From an uncultured Methanomicrobiaceae archaeon (lineage in GTDB: Archaea > Halobacteriota > Methanomicrobia > Methanomicrobiales > Methanoculleaceae), in contig CAWGXH010000004.1 of assembly GCA_963826525.1 (NCBI GenBank), forward strand, positions 576,001 to 640,000: a stretch of 64,000 nt of DNA. The letters are read 5' to 3'. Made by a program: the position numbers and the translations under genes. Positions 19,354 through 30,180 of this stretch are shown piece by piece. The notes under the pieces are model-generated. The model searched no databases, was not told the DNA's origin, and was given only the letters and a program-made list of their open reading frames with translations. Every line of letters starts with the position of its first letter. Position 1 is the stretch's first letter.

Positions 19354-22300
19354 TCATGCCCGGGTCAGGTTATTCCCCGCCTCTGCCGGCACCGGCGTAC
19401 CCGGAAGCACGACCACCGTCTCGTTTGCGGTGTCGCTCCCGGCAGGGCCGCTCACCGTCAGGGTCACGGTGTAGTTCCCGGCTTCACTGTAGGTATGGGT
19501 CACGTTCGGCGATGCCGATGCATTCCCGTCACCGAAGATCCAGAACCACTCGTCGATCACTCCCGTCGACCGATCCTGGAGCGTGACATTGAGCGGCACA
19601 GTGCCCGTCTCCGGATCGGCACTGAACGCTGCTTCCGGCATCGTGGTCTCCGGGGTCAGGTTCCCGGTCATGTTCTCCTCGGGCGGCGGCAGAACTGTAA
19701 CCGTCGCAGTATCGGTCGCGGTGCCGCCGGTCGCGTTCGTCACCGTCAGTGCCGCCGTGTAGGTGCCCGGGCCCGGATAGGTATATTGAACCGGCCCCTC
19801 ACCGGTGGCGTTCGCCCCGTCACCGAACTCCCACGACCAGGCGGTCGGGTCGCCGGCGGTCGTCGCGTTGAAGAGAACGGTCAGCGGCGCCGTGCCGTTC
19901 GTTACGTTCGCGGTGAGATTCGCGGCGAGCGGCGGGAGACCCGTTCCCGGCGTCTCGCCGGTCTCTACCGGCGAGGCAGGCAGCACACCGTCGATCGCGT
20001 ACAGGAAGATGTCCCAGTTTCCGTTCCGGTTGTCCTCCCAGACGATGTAGTTCCCGGAGATCGACGGATACATCTGATCACCGGGATCGTCGGTCACCTG
20101 CACAACCGTCCCGCGGGTCAGGTCATAGAGGAAGATGTCCCAGTTCCCGTTCCGGTTGTCCTGCCAGACGACGTAGTCCCCGGAGATATCAGGATACATC
20201 TGGTCGGCGGGATCGTCGGTGATCTGAGTCCGGTTCCCCGACTCGAGATCGCCGAGATAGATATCCCAGCTGCCATTCCGGTTATCCTGCCAGACAACGG
20301 AGAGACCGTCGATGGCAGGGAACTGCTGATCGCCAGCATCGACACAGACCGGCATCTCGTTGTTGCCGACATTCGACCAGTAGATGTCCCAGCTGCCGTT
20401 CCGGTTGTCCTGCCAGACCGTCGGGCCGTCAACCCCACCGAAGGCGATTGCAGGGTTCTCCTGGACGCTTCCCGGCATGCCGGCCGGAGAACCCGCCCCC
20501 TGTCCCGGGATCAGGTCGGCGACGTACGTCGTCCAGTTCCCGCTCCGGTTATCCTGCCAGCAGACATACTGGAAGGCGATCGAGGGATAGCGCTGGTCGC
20601 CGGGAGCCGTCGTCACCGGGTACTCCTCACCGCTGAAGGGGGAGTACCAGTAGATGTCCCAACTGCCGTTCCGGTTGTCCTCCCAGACGATCAGCCGCGA
20701 GATTCCCGAGACCGCCGGGTTCGCCTGGTCGGCGGGATCGGTCGTAATCTGTGTCACCGCCCCGTCGGTCAGGTTGTAGCGGAAGATATCGGAGTTGCCG
20801 CTCCGGTTGTCCTGCCAGACGACGAGGTCGCCCGAGATATCGGGGTTCACCTGATCGGCAGAATCGTTGGTGACCTGCAGGAAGGCGCCGGACGGCTGCT
20901 CTACGGACATGGTCGGGGTTGGCGTCGGCATCATCGTGGGCGTTTCATTCGGAGTCGGTGTGGGTGTCGGAGTAGTGGGAGTCACATTCGGTGCCATCGT
21001 CGGAGTCGATGTGGGTGTCGGTGTGGTGGGAGTCGCATTCGACGTGGGCGTCGGCGCCTCCGTCACCGCAAAGTCCAGCACCTCCTGGCGGACAATATCG
21101 CCGACGGTCGCTCCAACCTGCACCTGGTAGGCGCCAGCCTCGTTCGTGTTCGAGAACGTCCCGCTATAGGTGCCGTTGCCGGTTCCGTTCAGGAGCACCG
21201 TCTCGTTCGACCCGTCCGGCAGGGTGAAGAGCGCGTTCACGGTCGCATTCCCAATCCCGGCCGTATCGTTCCGGACCTCGGCGGTCACCGTGACCGGCTC
21301 GCCGCGTGCATACGCAAAGGCGTTGATGGAGGCCGAGAGTTCGATCGTAGCACTGACGGCAACGGTGCTCGAGTAATTGACCGTGACGTTCGCGCCGGTC
21401 GCATTAATAGCGTACATCCAGTTGCCGACAGGCGGGTTGTTCACCTGGTAGATCTGGTAGGTATCCGACGAGATGTAGGTGATATCCGGGCTTTCGGTGC
21501 CGGTCGGCGTTGCGGGATTGCGCTCGACCCGGGTCCCGTTCGGATAGTAGATGTAGTAGTTGATCGTCGTCTGCGGGCAGAGGCAGGTGAACTCGACGAC
21601 CTGCACGGACGTATCGATATTCACCGTGTTCTGGACGGTCTGGTTCACGGAGACGGTGCCGGTGCCGCTCGTGACCTGATCCTGTCCCTTGATCGTCTGT
21701 TTGATGCGGTTGTAGATATCCAGGAGTGCGCTGCTCGTAGGAGCGGAGTAGTAGCGCCCGCCCGTCTGCCTCGCGATCTCGCGCATGAGCGCTTCGTCTG
21801 CATAGTCGGTCAGTGCAACGGTGTAGACCGGCCAGCCCTGCTCGACGTAGAGGGGCACCACCGAGAGCGGATCCGTCCCGGTGTTATGCACCCCGTCGGT
21901 GAGGAGCACCGTAGCCTTGCCGTGGCCCGGGATACCCCGCTCGGCGAGCTGATCGAACGAGGCCAGGAGCCCGCCGCCGATGTTCGTCTCACCGGACGAG
22001 TCGACCAGATCGATCGCGGATTTCAGCTCCGTCCGGTTGTTCCGGACGAGCGAGAGCGGTTCAAGCACCGTCGCGGCTTGATCGAAATCGACAATAGCGA
22101 GCAGGTCGTCGTTCGCCGCGAGGTCGACGAAGAGGCGGGCGGCATCAAGCCGGAGGTTCTCCGGGTCGGTGTTCCGCATGCTTGCGGAACTGTCGATGGC
22201 AAGCGCCACATCGACGGCCCGGGTGCCGTTCGGTGCCTGCCCGCCCATCCCAGTCGTCACCGAGACGTCGGTCGTCGAGGTCACCGAGGTGTTGGTGGAT

Positions 22301-22419
22301 ACCGAGACATCGGTCGAGGACTGGCCGCCGGCAGGGATCTGTGCCGCAGCAGCAGCCGACGGGAGAAGTACCACGATACAGGCAAGAATAACAAGGCTTA
22401 TCAGCAGGATCTTTCTCAT
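19354..22419 (-). CDS. Cell-surface protein: vWA domain, Pro/Thr linker, methanogen beta-propeller repeats, 2 PKD domains
   Basis: Signal peptide; MIDAS DSSASM...TN...LLTDG; about 7 repeats of Q..P.ISG..VVWQDNRNGNWDI; PKD WSWEFGDG and WFWIFGDG. Confidence 0.9.
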   Translation of the reverse strand: MRKILLISLVILACIVVLLPSAAAAAQIPAGGQSSTDVSVSTNTSVTSTTDVSVTTGMGGQAPNGTRAVDVALAIDSSASMRNTDPENLRLDAARLFVDLAANDDLLAIVDFDQAATVLEPLSLVRNNRTELKSAIDLVDSSGETNIGGGLLASFDQLAERGIPGHGKATVLLTDGVHNTGTDPLSVVPLYVEQGWPVYTVALTDYADEALMREIARQTGGRYYSAPTSSALLDIYNRIKQTIKGQDQVTSGTGTVSVNQTVQNTVNIDTSVQVVEFTCLCPQTTINYYIYYPNGTRVERNPATPTGTESPDITYISSDTYQIYQVNNPPVGNWMYAINATGANVTVNYSSTVAVSATIELSASINAFAYARGEPVTVTAEVRNDTAGIGNATVNALFTLPDGSNETVLLNGTGNGTYSGTFSNTNEAGAYQVQVGATVGDIVRQEVLDFAVTEAPTPTSNATPTTPTPTSTPTMAPNVTPTTPTPTPTPNETPTMMPTPTPTMSVEQPSGAFLQVTNDSADQVNPDISGDLVVWQDNRSGNSDIFRYNLTDGAVTQITTDPADQANPAVSGISRLIVWEDNRNGSWDIYWYSPFSGEEYPVTTAPGDQRYPSIAFQYVCWQDNRSGNWTTYVADLIPGQGAGSPAGMPGSVQENPAIAFGGVDGPTVWQDNRNGSWDIYWSNVGNNEMPVCVDAGDQQFPAIDGLSVVWQDNRNGSWDIYLGDLESGNRTQITDDPADQMYPDISGDYVVWQDNRNGNWDIFLYDLTRGTVVQVTDDPGDQMYPSISGNYIVWEDNRNGNWDIFLYAIDGVLPASPVETGETPGTGLPPLAANLTANVTNGTAPLTVLFNATTAGDPTAWSWEFGDGANATGEGPVQYTYPGPGTYTAALTVTNATGGTATDTATVTVLPPPEENMTGNLTPETTMPEAAFSADPETGTVPLNVTLQDRSTGVIDEWFWIFGDGNASASPNVTHTYSEAGNYTVTLTVSGPAGSDTANETVVVLPGTPVPAEAGNNLTRA

Positions 22420-22559
22420 AGTGGTTCCTCCGGAAATACGATGCACCGGATCTCCCGGAAGCGAATAATGCCGGGTTCCGGCTGTCACGGGTTTCATATC
22501 GCTGTACCGGGATTACATTCTCCCAAATCGGAGCCCCGGCGCAGGGCGGAGATATAATC

Positions 22560-22583
22560 GGCATTAATTATATAATTTATGCC
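22560..22583. promoter_or_regulatory. 24-bp near-perfect palindrome centred on a TATA-like box
   Basis: GGCATTAATTATATAATTTATGCC (1 mismatch), about 140 bp upstream of the vWA/beta-propeller gene. Confidence 0.45.
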
Positions 22584-22729
22584 ATAAATATGGCGCCCGG
22601 TCGGGAACACGCCGCCGCACCGGAGAGGCGCTTCTCTGTGCCCTTGTTAGCGGGGCGAGGGGCACCCCTTTAATCTACGCTCATTTCTCCCGCATTTCGG
22701 TGCTCAAAAGGTATATCTAGCAGTTCTGC

Positions 22730-23005
22730 ATGATGACTACTATGCCTCCGCGACAGTTCGACAATGCCGAAACAGAGACGAACTACGGGTTCGTCTCGGG
22801 ATCAGGCAGTGCCCGTGCAGTCGCCCCCGGAATCCCCGACCACATCCGGCATTCCGCGCTCCCAGCCGGCGGCAGCGATCTCGCGGCGAGAGAGGCACGG
22901 CTGCCCGGAAATCTCGCCTCCGGATCGGAGAGGGCGATCGGTGATCCGGAGATCCATATCCGGGCAGAGTCGACGAAACTTGCGCAGCAGCGGTCGGAGG
23001 TCTGA
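22730..23005 (+). pseudogene. Possible degenerate KhtT-like (antiporter regulatory subunit) remnant
   Basis: Stop overlaps the antiporter start (TGATG); weak resemblance to KhtT N-termini (TNYGFVSGSG...LAAREARLPGNLASG); no RCK_C domain. Confidence 0.3.
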
Positions 23006-24147
23006 TGGAAGGCCTTGCCATCGGACTCGCTCTCTGCCTGGTCCTCGCCCTCGTCTCGCGCAGCCTCTCCCTCCCACCGATCCCGTTCTATATCCTTGGG
23101 GGTCTCGCCATAGGCAGATCCGGGCTCGCTCTCGTGGAACCTACCATACTTTCCGACTACTTCACCGAACTCGGCCTCATCTTCCTGCTCTTCTACATCG
23201 GCCTCGAACTGAAGCCCGGTGAGCTGCTGCGGCAGCGCGGATCGATCCTCCGGGTCGGATGGATCGATCTGCAGATCAACCTGGTCGTCGGCTTCATCGC
23301 CGCCCTTGCACTCGGGTTCTCTCCCTTCGAGTCATTCGTGGTAGGCGCAGCGTTCTATGTCAGCAGCTCCGCGATTGCGTTCGCCCATCTCATCGAGAAC
23401 CGGCGGTTCATCCTCCGCGAGACGGAGACGATCGTCTGGCTGATGCTCGTCGAGGACTTCGTCCTCGTCCTGATCATTATTATCCTCCACGCTGGCGAGA
23501 CGTCTCCGATCGCCATTCTTACCGGAACGGTCTTTCTTGCGGGGCTCTTCTTCGCCATCTCCCGGTGGGGAAAGGAGCTGATCGGCGGCGTGCTCGACCG
23601 TGACGACGAGGTACCGGTGCTCCTGACATTCTCCGCCGTCATCTGCTCCGCGTTCTTCGCGAGAGCAGTCGGCATCCCCGAGGCAGTGGTCGCCATCGCC
23701 CTCGGCGCCGCTCTCGCCACGACGAGCCCGACACTCCTCGAACGGCACGCAAAACCCTTCAGGGACGTCTTCCTCGCACTATTCTTCGTCTTCTTCGGTA
23801 TCTCGGTCGATTTTGCCGGGAGCCCCGGGATCGTACCCATTGCTGCCCTCGGTATCCTCGCCGTAGCCAGCAAACTCATCTCCGGGATGCTCATCGGACG
23901 GATGGTTTACGGGTCCTCCGTGGCCGGCATAGAGATAGGGAGCACCTCGATTGCACGAGGAGAGTTCTCGATCATCCTTGCCGCACTCTGTGGATCCGCC
24001 ATGGTATCGTCCACCATCGCGGCGCTGGTCATCATGACGTCCATCACCGGGCCGTTTGCTGCTCAGTACAGCCGCCTCCTCAAAAAGCACTGGATCCGGT
24101 TCCACTCCCGCCATGCCCTGACCGGCATCACATCGTTCCTTCCTTGA
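23005..24147 (+). CDS. CPA2 cation:proton antiporter (KhtU/Kef type, no RCK tail)
   Basis: ELGLIFLLFYIGLEL, SSSAI, LVED, PFRDVFLALFFVFFG, ARGEFS. Confidence 0.9.
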   Translation: MEGLAIGLALCLVLALVSRSLSLPPIPFYILGGLAIGRSGLALVEPTILSDYFTELGLIFLLFYIGLELKPGELLRQRGSILRVGWIDLQINLVVGFIAALALGFSPFESFVVGAAFYVSSSAIAFAHLIENRRFILRETETIVWLMLVEDFVLVLIIIILHAGETSPIAILTGTVFLAGLFFAISRWGKELIGGVLDRDDEVPVLLTFSAVICSAFFARAVGIPEAVVAIALGAALATTSPTLLERHAKPFRDVFLALFFVFFGISVDFAGSPGIVPIAALGILAVASKLISGMLIGRMVYGSSVAGIEIGSTSIARGEFSIILAALCGSAMVSSTIAALVIMTSITGPFAAQYSRLLKKHWIRFHSRHALTGITSFLP

Positions 24148-24198
24148 GAACATTTTTTATCCCCGCCGTTCCATCCCGATTGCGGCCGCGGGGGAGAG

Positions 24199-24650
24199 AT
24201 GAAGAAGATCAGATCCGAGATCGTCATCAACGCACGCCCGGAAGAGGTCTGGGCGATACTGATCGATTTTGGGGCATATCCTGACTGGAACCCGTTTATC
24301 AGGTCGATATCCGGCGAGGCAAGAACCGGGTCGTGCCTCGAGGTTCACATCCAGCCACCGGGGTGGAGAGAGATGATCCTCCGGCCGAAGGTTCTCCGGG
24401 CGGTCCAGAGCCATGAGCTGCGCTGGATCGGGCGCCTCCTGGTCGCGGGGCTCTTTGACGGGGAGCACCGGTTCACCCTTGAACCGCAGGGGGAGGAGAA
24501 GGTCAGGTTCATTCAGGCGGAGCTCTTCTCCGGACTGCTCGTTCCCATCTTCTCCAGAGTCATCGCAGATACGAAATGGGGATTTGTGGCGATGAACCAG
24601 GCGTTGAAAGAGCGTGCCGAGGCAGGCTCACCTGGCAGAGAGATAGGACG
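24199..24650 (+). CDS. SRPBCC/START-like domain protein; true stop probably lost through an indel
   Basis: IVINARPEEVWAILIDFGAYPDWNPFI...LFDGEHRF...FVAMNQALKERAE; downstream residues look non-coding. Confidence 0.8.
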
Positions 24651-24719
24651 GAACCTGCAGGAGACCGCCACGCTCATGTCAGCAGGGTTTATCCCTGTTC
24701 GCACACATTTTTGGTTATC

Positions 24720-25561
24720 ATGCAGCTCTCCGTGCTCGTCGACAATGCAACCCTCATCGATCGCTACTTCACCGCCGAACCCGGGCTCTCGTTCTATATC
24801 GAGGAAGGCGAAAAACGGGTGCTCTTCGATGCGGGCTACTCCGGAATTGTCATCGAGAACGCCCGGAAGATGGGGATCGATCTCCTCCGGCTCGACGACG
24901 TCGTCATCTCGCACGGTCACCTCGACCATACGTGGGGACTCGACGCACTTATCAGGCTGTATACCGAGGCGGCGTTCGAGGGGAGAGTACACGGAAAGCC
25001 GACGTTCATCGCCCACCCCGATGCCTTCCTGACGCGCAGCGTCGCCGGTATCGGGGAGATCGGGTGTCATCTCTCAGGTAGAGGAACTCTTCCGCCACGG
25101 CACGGTGCTTCTCACTGCCTCACCCCTCTGGCTTACGGAGAACCTGGTCTTCCTCGGCCAGATAGAGCAGCGGTTCGACTTCGAGGTATCACCCCCTATC
25201 GGCGAGATATATACAAGCGAGGGTGTGCAGGAGGACATGGTCGTCGACGACAGCGCGCTCGCCTGCAGGACGCAGGACGGTCTCGTCATTGTGACCGGCT
25301 GTGCGCATACCGGAATCTGCTCGACCGTCGAGCAGGCGAAGGAGATTCTGCGGCGACGACCGGATCGTCGACATCATCGGCGGATTCCACCTCCTCGACC
25401 CCTCCCCGGAGCGTCTCGCGGGCACCGTCGAGTATCTCCGCGATTGTGCGCCCCGGGCGGTGCACGCCTGCCACTGCACCGACCTTGCCTCGAAGGTCGC
25501 CCTTGCCCGGGTGGTGAACCTCAAAGAGACCGGCGTCGGGCTGCAGCTCTCCTGGTGGTGA
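24720..25561 (+). CDS. Metallo-beta-lactamase fold protein (COG1237 type), 2 frameshifts
   Basis: LSVLVDN, EPGLSF, LFDAG, SHGHLDHTWG, DDSAL, TGCAHTG, GGFHL, CHCT; shifts near 25078 and 25345. Confidence 0.85.
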
Positions 25562-25567
25562 CGGCGA

Positions 25568-28434
25568 TCAGGCGGAGAGAGCGGCGAGAGCCGGGATCTC
25601 CCCGTACTGCTCCTCATAGGCCATCACCGCCCGTGGCGCCCCGAGAAGGAGTCTCCGGGCCGAGTTATAGACGGACGGCGTCTTCTCCGGATCGAGGGTT
25701 GCAAGGAGATCGACGAGGATCCGCACCACCGGCACGTGGTAGCGCTCCTCCATCCGGTCGATGAACGCGAAGGCATCGAGCGCCCGGACGGTGCTGTACT
25801 CGTTGATCGGTGCGAGCCGGATCAGCACCTCCGTCAGGTACGCACGCCCCGCCGCGGTCTCGAGCGACTGCCGCCGGTTCAGGGCGAACCGGGCATAGAG
25901 TGCCCGTTGTTCGTTCGCCTGCTCGATGCGGAAGGCATCCGAGGTCTCGATCCGCCGGAGGAGCGCCACAAGATCCGCAGCGTCGCTTGCGGCCGTGGTG
26001 GCGAGAAACGTCTCCCAGGCAACGAGGTTCCGGCGTGACTCCTCGAAGAATGCGGTGAAGACATCCATTCGATCCGGTGCCGTGCTCTCGAGGTACAGGC
26101 GAAAGGCGACGAGCCGGTCGGTGGCGGCGGTCGCCTCCTCGAACTGCTCGCGGATGAGCCGGTGGCCCTCGGGGGTGTCGCGAGCGGCGAGCAACGCGAG
26201 GCCTGCATTCTTCACCTGGCGCCGCTTGATCGCCTCGATCTCGCGGTCACTGTACGAGCCGTCTTTTCGTGCCGGCTCCGCGTAGCGGCGGTATACCTCC
26301 AGCAGCGTCTCCCCGTGCCGTTCCGCGACCGCTCTATACAGGCGGCGGCGGGCGTCTGCAAGAGCACGGTAGCGGTGGGCGAACCGCTCGTCACCCACCG
26401 ACTCGAAGATCGTCATGAACTGCCCGCCGGCCTCGTCCATAAGGGCGGCATCGCCGATGAGGGTTACGTACAGGTCTGCAAACCTATCGGACGGGTGTGC
26501 CGCAGGGTCGATGATCGAGCTGCACCTTCTCCGCGTCGGCGAGCCGGGAGAAAGCGATGAACCGGTTCACCATATCGGAGTCCTTCACGGCCTGGAGGGC
26601 GAGCTCCTCGCCGTCCGCCGTATCCGCGACCGTTCCGTAGAAGGAGTAGCCCCGGTTCAGCGAAAGGAACGCAGGAACATCCACATCCTCGAGGACGACC
26701 CGCTCCTCTTCCCCGGTCACCCGGATAGTCCGCTCGACGATATCGCTCCCGTCCCACCCGACCAGGGCGAACCGGAAGGGAAACTCCCAGATCCGGCCGT
26801 TCGGCAAACGGCTCTGACGCAACGAAAGGGTGAACCGCCGGGCATCAGCGTCGTACGAAGAGGCCGCGGTGACGGTCGGATACCCGATCTCCTTCAGCCA
26901 GACCTCCGCCATTCCTGATAGGTCGAGCCCCGAGACCTCCTCCATGCACCTGACCCAGTCCGCACGGGATGCGTTGGCATGCCGGTAGCGGGTGTGGTAG
27001 CAGGCAAGCCCGACCGCGAAGGTCTCCTCGCCCATAAGCGTCTCGATCATCCTGACGACCTCGGGAGCCTTGACGTAGGTCACCCCCGTGATCAGGTCGT
27101 TCGGATCATTGAACCCGTCCGGCTCGATCGGCATGGAGCCTGCTCCCCGGTCAAGGACGAGCGTGCCGTCCTCCGGCGAGAGGAGGGTGAGCACGGTCGC
27201 AAGGCGTGTGTAGGCCTCGCCGAAGAGGAACGCGTGGTACTGCTCTTCAACGTGAACCGTGACCGCCTCGTTGAGCCAGATCTCAAACGGGCTCCTCCCG
27301 GTCACCTCCGAGCCGTTTAAGTTGTGGTAGAACTCGTGCACCTTCACCCGGATCATATAGTCAAACGCCGTATCGGTCATCTGCGCGAAAGGCATGATCC
27401 GGTTCGTGACGATCGTGGTATTCCCGACGTTCTCCATCCCGCCGAAGTCCGAGTTCTGCATCCCGATCTCCCGGTATACCGACCCGGTATAGGCGTACCC
27501 GGTGGTTATCACCGCCGCGCGTTCGGCAAGCACCGCCCGGCACCGTTCGAGTGCTTCCGGATCGTTTTCCGCCTCTTTGATCGAGTCGCGGCGCCGGACG
27601 AGATTCCAGATATCCCGCCGGCTCTCCCGATCCCGGTACTGTCCGGGACCGGTGAAGAGATGCACCCACATGATCGCATCGGCGAGGATCTCGAGCGCCC
27701 GCCCGGCAGGAACCGGATCTGACCCGGGCGGAACCAGCAGCTCGAGCATGAACTGCCGGCCGTCGGGATACTCGACCTCGCGGCGGAACGTAGCGTAGGT
27801 GCCGACCCCGAGGAAGAAGAGGTAGGGAGGCATCGGGGTCTTCATGTTCGCATACGCGACAGTGCTCCGGTTCAGCCCGAGATAGACCCGAGGACCGGCG
27901 GGATCGCCGTTCGTGATCATATTCGTATAGTTATAGTCGGCGACGATCGTCGTCGTATAGGTGCATTTTGCGGTCATATCGTCAAGGCAGGGGACGAGCC
28001 GCTGGAATCCCCACTGCTGGCACTGGGTGATCTGGGTAGGCGGGGCGCCGGGCGGGGTCTCGTCGTAGTAGAGCCCTTCGAGAACATGCCGGGTCGGGCG
28101 GCAGATCGTCTCGGTGGTGATCGTAAACCGGGTGCGGGGCGGCACCGGCGGCGCGAAGCCGACGGAGAGGGTGGCCCGCTCCCGGTCGTAGGCGTAGGTG
28201 ACACCATACCCCTCGGAGGCGACGCGGAGGATATCGAGATCCTTCGCGTTCAGGTCGAGCGTGGCGAGCGGCGTATCCAGTGTCTCCGCCGTCAGGTCGC
28301 GAGACGACGCGGGTATGCCCGTCGTAGATGTCGAATGTCAGATCCATATGCACGACGGTGACCGGAAGCACCCCGAAGTCACCCGGCCGGTACTTGAAGA
28401 GAGAGGTGGTGGTATCGGAATTCTGTTGGTTCAT
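25568..28434 (-). CDS. pepN: M1 aminopeptidase N, 2 frameshifts
   Basis: TQCQQWGF, PYLFFL, GGMEN, HEFYH...WLNEA, YVKAPEVVRM; shifts near 28300 and 26515. Confidence 0.88.
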
Positions 28435-28441
28435 TGCCGCT

Positions 28442-28997
28442 TCACGCTTCCGTTCCGGGACACTCGGACTCCCCGGTGATCTTCCGGAGGGCTGCCCGGG
28501 CAGCGTAGCGAACCTCCGGCTCGTCGTCTTCGAGCGCTGCCGTGAGCGGTTCTCTGGCACGCGGATCGCCGAGCTTCCCGAGCGCCTCGGCCGCCGCCAT
28601 CCGGACGTCCTTCTTCCGTTCGACGAGGAGCGGGATGACCGGCTCGACCGCCCGCCGATCGCCGATCTCGCCGAGCGCCCATGCCGCACCGCGCCGCACC
28701 CACCGTTCGGGGTCGGCCAGAAGAGCGATCAGCGGTTCCACCGCCCGCGGGTCCTGCAGTTTGCCGAGCGCGAGGGCGACGACCCACCGGACCTCATCGG
28801 AGGGATCCTGGAGGGCCCGTACCAGCGGTTCGACGCCAAGCGGGTCTCTGCACCTCCCGAGCGCTTCGGCCGCACGCAGGCGGTAGGGAACACTCTCGTC
28901 GTCGAAGCTGCCGGATCAGGATCTCAAAACTCTCCTTCTCCCGTCTCTCTTTCTCGGCGAGGACTCGTTTCGCCGGGCTCTCCCTATCCATCACCAA
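28442..28997 (-). CDS. HEAT/PBS-lyase repeat protein, 1 frameshift near 28905
   Basis: Repeats VRRGAAWALGEIGDRRAVEPVI and VRMAAAEALGKLGDPRAREPL. Confidence 0.85.
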
Positions 28998-29055
28998 TCA
29001 CCGTTCCTTCCCATATGCCGCTCATTACAAGGTAGTTGCGGTCTTGCCCGGCCGG

Positions 29056-29415
29056 TCATTCGTCGATCTCCTCGGCTTCGGAGATGACGTCGAAGGAGAG
29101 CAGGCGGAAGTTGTAGAATCGCCCGTCGTTCGTGTCGAACTCAAGAAACACCATCAGCCCGTACTCCTCGGAGATCCAGAGCGATGACATTCCATCCTCC
29201 CCGAAGGGATAGTACTCAAAGCCGAGCCTCTCGAGTTCGCCCTCGATGGCGGCATCGTGCTCCATATCCACCGCCATCTCGTAGGTCTTGCTCAGGGGAA
29301 AGTTACGCTCCTCCAGGGCAGAGACCTGAAACCGGGCAGACTGCTCCTGCAGGGCTGTCCCTTCAAGAACAGCCTGAATACGATGGATAACCTCATCCAC
29401 CTCATCAAACGGCAT
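29056..29415 (-). CDS. Acidic hypothetical protein
   Basis: 119-aa ORF with natural composition, co-oriented with the HEAT and pepN genes. Confidence 0.7.
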   Translation of the reverse strand: MPFDEVDEVIHRIQAVLEGTALQEQSARFQVSALEERNFPLSKTYEMAVDMEHDAAIEGELERLGFEYYPFGEDGMSSLWISEEYGLMVFLEFDTNDGRFYNFRLLSFDVISEAEEIDE

Positions 29416-29641
29416 CAGATCGTATTGGGCTGCACCGGTATATCTCTGTTAAGGGTTCACCGGTCGGCAGTCACGCCGTGAGAAACATTCTTTCCCGGAT
29501 ACCGGACAGAGGTCATCAAACACCCGTCCGGAACGCTGCCCTGCGGTGGAACGTTCCGCAGATACCGATAAGATTGAATCATCCGGATATTCTGACGCAA
29601 ATAACGAAACAATAAAAAATACGGGCGTCGATACCTCGCTA

Positions 29642-30124
29642 ATGGCACCAGGCAGGCTCAAGATCGTAGTCTTCGGCGGGTTCAACGCCGGCAAGTCGAC
29701 ATTCGTGCACGCACTCGATACCGAAGCTCGCCACATCGAGGCCAGGACCGAGGGAGGGACGACGACGGTGGCGTTCGACTTCGGCCGGCTCACGCTGCTC
29801 GGCCAGAGGATCTACGTCTTCGGGACGCCGGGGCAGGAGCGTTTTGAGTTTGTCCGGGAGATCCTCTCGCGCGGCATGGACGGAGCGATCATCGTGGTGG
29901 ATGCGACGGCGGGCATCGATGCAACGACGCTGCAGGTGTACACTTGGCTGAAGGAGAAGCAGATGCCTATCGCCGTCATGCTGAACAAATGCGACCTTCC
30001 GGGCGCAGCCCCCGACAGACTCATGGATGAACTCTCCGGGGAGACGGTCCACCGGATATCAGCACGGAGCGGGGAGAACGTTCATGCTGCAATGCATGCC
30101 TTCGTTGCCTCGCTGATCGCATAG
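29642..30124 (+). CDS. MglA-like small GTPase
   Basis: G1 GGFNAGKST, G2 TTTVAFDFG, G3 GTPGQERF, G4 NKCD, G5 SA. Confidence 0.88.
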   Translation: MAPGRLKIVVFGGFNAGKSTFVHALDTEARHIEARTEGGTTTVAFDFGRLTLLGQRIYVFGTPGQERFEFVREILSRGMDGAIIVVDATAGIDATTLQVYTWLKEKQMPIAVMLNKCDLPGAAPDRLMDELSGETVHRISARSGENVHAAMHAFVASLIA

Positions 30125-30180
30125 GAGCGATGATTATTACTGGTACCGGGTTCACCTTCTGAGGGCAGGATCTGGTGGCA

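Noticed and set aside
20000-20860. Regularly spaced nucleotide repeats (CCGTTCCGGTTGTCCTGCCAGAC-like) resembling an array
   Set aside because: They are the coding beta-propeller repeats (WQDNRNG) with codon-position variation, not CRISPR repeats
19495-22557. 1020-aa plus-strand ORF and similar long antisense ORFs (e.g. 6363-7493, 47440-48666, 49786-50841)
   Set aside because: Shadow ORFs opposite well-supported genes in high-GC DNA; Arg-rich and without motifs
24199-25032. 277-aa SRPBCC protein with a long extension or fusion to the MBL gene
   Set aside because: The extension is low-complexity and overlaps the MBL gene in another frame; most likely a lost stop codon
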